This document shows positions 62,734 to 64,000 of a stretch of 64,000 nt of DNA, piece by piece (the stretch's first letter is position 1; each line of letters begins with the position of its first letter). The translations under genes were made by a program, and so were the position numbers. The DNA is from an uncultured Candidatus Saccharibacteria bacterium (lineage in GTDB: Bacteria; Patescibacteriota; Saccharimonadia; Saccharimonadales; JAUPVS01), in contig CAYPFM010000001.1 in NCBI GenBank assembly GCA_964410185.1, forward strand, positions 272,860-336,859, given 5' to 3'. The notes below the pieces were generated by a model. The model worked only from the letters and a program-made list of their open reading frames with translations. It searched no databases and was not told the origin of the DNA.

Positions 62734-63105
62734 TTAGTTAGACAATATGTCCTTAACCTTTTCGGCTACTTGTGCGGGCGTGTGGTAGGCTTTGGCGACA
62801 ATTTCTGTCACCGCCAGTTTATCGAGCCCTTTGGGCACCTCCTGCTCACCAACATTCGTGAAGACGATAACAGGGGTGTGCTTGTGTTTAGTCGTCTTAC
62901 GAAGTTTGGTCAGCATTTCAGCTCCCCCCATCTGTGGCATCATGATATCCAGGAGCACCAAATCAGCATTGTAGTCTTTGAGCAGTTCCAGACCAAGCAC
63001 GCCATTGACAGCCGTCTTAACGGTGTAGCCTTCGGCTTCAAACTTTAACCGGTACATTTGTAGGATGGCCGGGTCATCTTCGATTATGGCAATCTTGTGA
63101 CTCAT
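62734..63105 (-). CDS. Stand-alone response-regulator receiver domain protein (paralog)
   Basis: 123 aa; IEDD, VLLDIMMP, VIVFTN, IVAKAY. TACCAT-N6-ATG upstream. Confidence 0.88.
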   Translation of the reverse strand: MSHKIAIIEDDPAILQMYRLKFEAEGYTVKTAVNGVLGLELLKDYNADLVLLDIMMPQMGGAEMLTKLRKTTKHKHTPVIVFTNVGEQEVPKGLDKLAVTEIVAKAYHTPAQVAEKVKDILSN

Positions 63106-63204
63106 GTTTTTATGGTACGCCTACAGCAAGCATTTGCAAGCCATAAGCGCAGCGACACCAAGATGGTGGTATAGTTAAGCTAGCAGTAATAAAAAGGTAC
63201 ATAC

Positions 63205-64000
63205 ATGGGACATAAAAAACTTGTTTTAACAAATCCAAGTGACGCATACCCTGAGTTCTTGAAAAAGGCACATAAGTCTGGACTAAAAGATGAGCTTGTT
63301 GAGGCGCCGGTGCTAATCCGCATGGAAGAAAAGCAAGCCCGGAAAGATCTGGAAACGCTTCTGGCAAAGCACAAGAACGTAGAGATTGTCGATAACTATG
63401 ATGAGCAGTATGCGGAACTACTACTCAGTAAAAACGCCCATTTGTACAGAGCCAAATATGAGGTCCAAGTGGCTTCAATCGAGACTTTGCTCGAGGAGCA
63501 TTATGCAGGCAAACAACCGTGGGAGCTGGGTGCTTGGGTATTTTTCCCTTGGAAGAATCAGCTAATCCATATTTTGGCGCAAAAGGACTTCGAAGCCCTG
63601 CGCACCATTCGTAACAGGGATCTTATTCTTCCAGAGGAGCAGAAGAAGCTTTTTGAATTTGAAGCTGTCGCCTTTGGTATGAGTGTTGGTAGTGCCGGGG
63701 CATTGGCAATGGGCATAAGCGGCATTTCTCGACGATTGAAGCTCGTAGATGGCGCTGTAATTAGCGGCTCAAACCTGAATCGGATTTTGACTGGCGTATC
63801 AAGCGTTGGTAAGAGTAAGGCCCTTGTTATTGGGCGCCAAATTTACGAGATGAATCCGTATTCTAATATCCTCTACTACAACAAAGTAGACAAAGACTCA
63901 ATTAACGAAATCTTTGATACTCCGTGGAAAGCCCAAATCGCCATTGATGAGATTGATGATATCGAGATGAAGGTCAATATTAGAATCGAAGCCAGAAAGC
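63205..64000 (+). CDS. ThiF/MoeB/E1-like adenylyltransferase-domain protein, 3' end outside window
   Basis: Hand translation MGHKKLVLTNPSD...NRDLILPEEQKKLFEFEAVAFGMSVGSAGALAMGISG...LKLVDGAVISGSNLNRIL (Rossmann G-x-G-x-x-G-like). Open to the window end. TGGTATAGT at 63167-63175. Confidence 0.7.
   Translation, partial: MGHKKLVLTNPSDAYPEFLKKAHKSGLKDELVEAPVLIRMEEKQARKDLETLLAKHKNVEIVDNYDEQYAELLLSKNAHLYRAKYEVQVASIETLLEEHYAGKQPWELGAWVFFPWKNQLIHILAQKDFEALRTIRNRDLILPEEQKKLFEFEAVAFGMSVGSAGALAMGISGISRRLKLVDGAVISGSNLNRILTGVSSVGKSKALVIGRQIYEMNPYSNILYYNKVDKDSINEIFDTPWKAQIAIDEIDDIEMKVNIRIEARK

Noticed and set aside
1-64000. Search for CRISPR arrays, rRNA, tmRNA/RNase P/SRP RNA signatures, transposases, integrases, reverse transcriptase/DGR repeats, and an alternative genetic code
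   Set aside because: No spaced direct-repeat array was seen, and the only periodic repeat is coding (16166-16447). No RT or integrase motifs were found. No conserved ncRNA core sequences were spotted by eye. TGA terminates well-conserved genes (for example 28222-28224 and 36184-36186), so the code is standard.

Overview
Dense chromosomal segment with about 78 protein genes, 8 tRNAs and very short spacers. There is no rRNA, CRISPR array, transposase, integrase or reverse transcriptase. TGA is used as a stop codon, so the standard bacterial code applies. Gene content suggests a small-genome, Gram-positive-type organism, probably Patescibacteria/CPR and Saccharibacteria-like (inference only). 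Supporting genes are a lone type IV pilin, a short ComEC, sortase plus LCP, VKOR paralogs, an HTH-MurA fusion and lamin-tail-domain surface proteins.

Recognisable core genes:
- Translation, stress and chaperones: lepA, bcp, hrcA-grpE-dnaK-dnaJ with CIRCE operators.
- Recombination, repair and competence: comEC, yebC, ruvCAB, recA-recX.
- RNA and tRNA functions: tsaE-tsaB, rny and ymdB, rimK.
- Export and metal transport: tatA-tatC, a P1B ATPase, a ZIP transporter.
- Chaperone-like ATPase: a Clp/Hsp100 ATPase.
- Cell wall and folate: murA, murB, murD; glyA, folC-folA, folD.

Candidates most worth follow-up:
1. The minus-strand operon REC-REC-murD plus a 428-aa PP-loop-like gene (probable MurD2/MurL route to D-Glu), lying next to an E1/ThiF-like gene.
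2. A membrane-anchored Hsp100-type ATPase translationally coupled to a small membrane protein.
3. An orphan block at 54.2-57.3 kb: a 443-aa protein with several winged-helix-like segments, a convergent 263-aa orphan, and a degenerate M23-like secreted protein.
4. A lamin-tail-domain surface protein with four two-cysteine repeats, close to the truncated ComEC.
5. A recurrent TANNNT-N6-8-ATG arrangement at about 20 genes, implying widespread leaderless mRNAs.

All functional calls come from motif recognition by eye. No database search was run.
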